Origin: Fimbriosthenelais zetlandica
Lineage: Eukaryota
Assembly: GCA_977030845.1 (NCBI GenBank)
Contig: OZ365113.1
Location: forward strand, 14,942,001-15,006,000
DNA length: 64,000 bases
Direction: 5' to 3'
This document shows, piece by piece, positions 63,098-64,000 of this stretch. Position 1 is the stretch's first letter. Every line of letters starts with the position of its first letter. The notes beneath the pieces were generated by a model. The model did not search any database, was not told the origin of the DNA, and saw only the letters and a program-made list of their open reading frames with translations. The translations under genes and the position numbers were made by a program.

Positions 63098-64000
63098 CTA
63101 TTTCTTCGCCTCGAAAGTTGCCGACATCCTTTCCAGTCCCATTTTCCTGCAACGAAATGTATTATAATTAAATGAATGAATAAATAGTGATTTTACGCCA
63201 TGCCAGGTGCCAGGGCTATATTCAAGCCGAGAAGAATTTCTGAAAACAAAATGCACCATTATCAAAACATATCAATTATTTCAGATTAATTACAGTATAA
63301 ATGAGCTAGCCTAGTAGGCCATGCTTATTTAATTGATCCAAATTTCGATTCAATGTAAAATTTACCAAAAAACAAGTAGGGTGAGGGGGAGGGGCGGCGG
63401 TTATTGAGGATTTACTTACGCTTCCCTAGCGAATGTTTCTTGAGCGATTCGGTCAATATCTGATCCAGAAGGGGTATCATCGTAACCGGTTACACCAAGT
63501 GTCCATAAAGCTGAATTGAAACCATATTTTGAGATTTTCATTATCAAATATTTAGACATAATCATCATTATGATTTATGTGGCTGAGGGATCGTTTCTTA
63601 ACAAAATATAATTAGACCTAGATACCTAGGAATACAAAATTACGAAGTAGATCTAATATAGAATAATTTAGTTCTCAACTAGCCGGTATAACCATCCCTA
63701 TAGCCTTATATGATCTTATTCTGGCTATTCTACATACAGGGAGGACGCGAGGTCTCAATTTATTTTCCAAAAAAGCGCCAGATCCACCTTGCCTTGGTAG
63801 AGATGGATCTACTGTCTAATTTTCAGCATGACCATGAATCATGACATGAAACTAGACGTACCTTGCTTGTATTGTTCCAATGTTATAAAACCCTTGTTTG
63901 TTGGGTCCATCATCCCAAATACCGATGTGATATTTGACTCGTCAAATAGGCAGGGAAAATCCAGTTTTGCAGATTTTGCCTGTTGCAACTTGGCAAGCGT
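63098..64000 (-). CDS. EFCAB10: EF-hand calcium-binding domain-containing protein 10, 3' part (runs off the window end)
   Basis: complement(join 64000..63862, 63510..63420, 63146..63098) reads TLAKLQQAKSAKLDFPCLFDESNITSVFGMMDPTNKGFITLEQYKQALWTLGVTGYDDTPSGSDIDRIAQETFAREAKMGLERMSATFEAKK*. It resembles EFCAB10 (FP..MD.SNI..MF.MMD..G.G.I...QYKEAL.TLG). Junctions are GT-AG with consistent phases. Confidence 0.88.

Overview
AT-rich animal genomic DNA with spliceosomal introns. It is probably an invertebrate deuterostome such as an echinoderm or hemichordate; this is inferred from the proteins and the abundant TAGGCCTA motif. I assembled exon by exon, with phase-consistent GT-AG junctions, five complete recognisable genes and one partial gene: FAM210B-like (+, with a ~350-aa N-terminal extension), TMEM208 (-), an SLC34/NaPi-II phosphate cotransporter (+, N-terminus uncertain), PDHB (+), TSNAXIP1 (-) and the 3' part of EFCAB10 (-). 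Between SLC34 and PDHB lies a ~21-kb minus-strand gene with no family I can name. It has at least 11 phase-compatible exons and encodes a Pro/Arg/Tyr/His/Ser-rich protein with repeated RxxSxPP, YRPAPV and WSPIG motifs. It also has two very large optional exons, candidate internal promoters and two alternative C-termini, and is the best candidate for an undescribed system (possibly a muscle thick-filament-type protein). Repeats include a G-rich ~180-bp satellite, a fold-back MITE in two copies (one carrying a nested hairpin MITE with a TA target-site duplication), a decayed DIRS-like retrotransposon, and an inverted repeat whose two arms each carry outward-facing ETS and YY1 motifs. I saw no rRNA, tRNA or CRISPR features.
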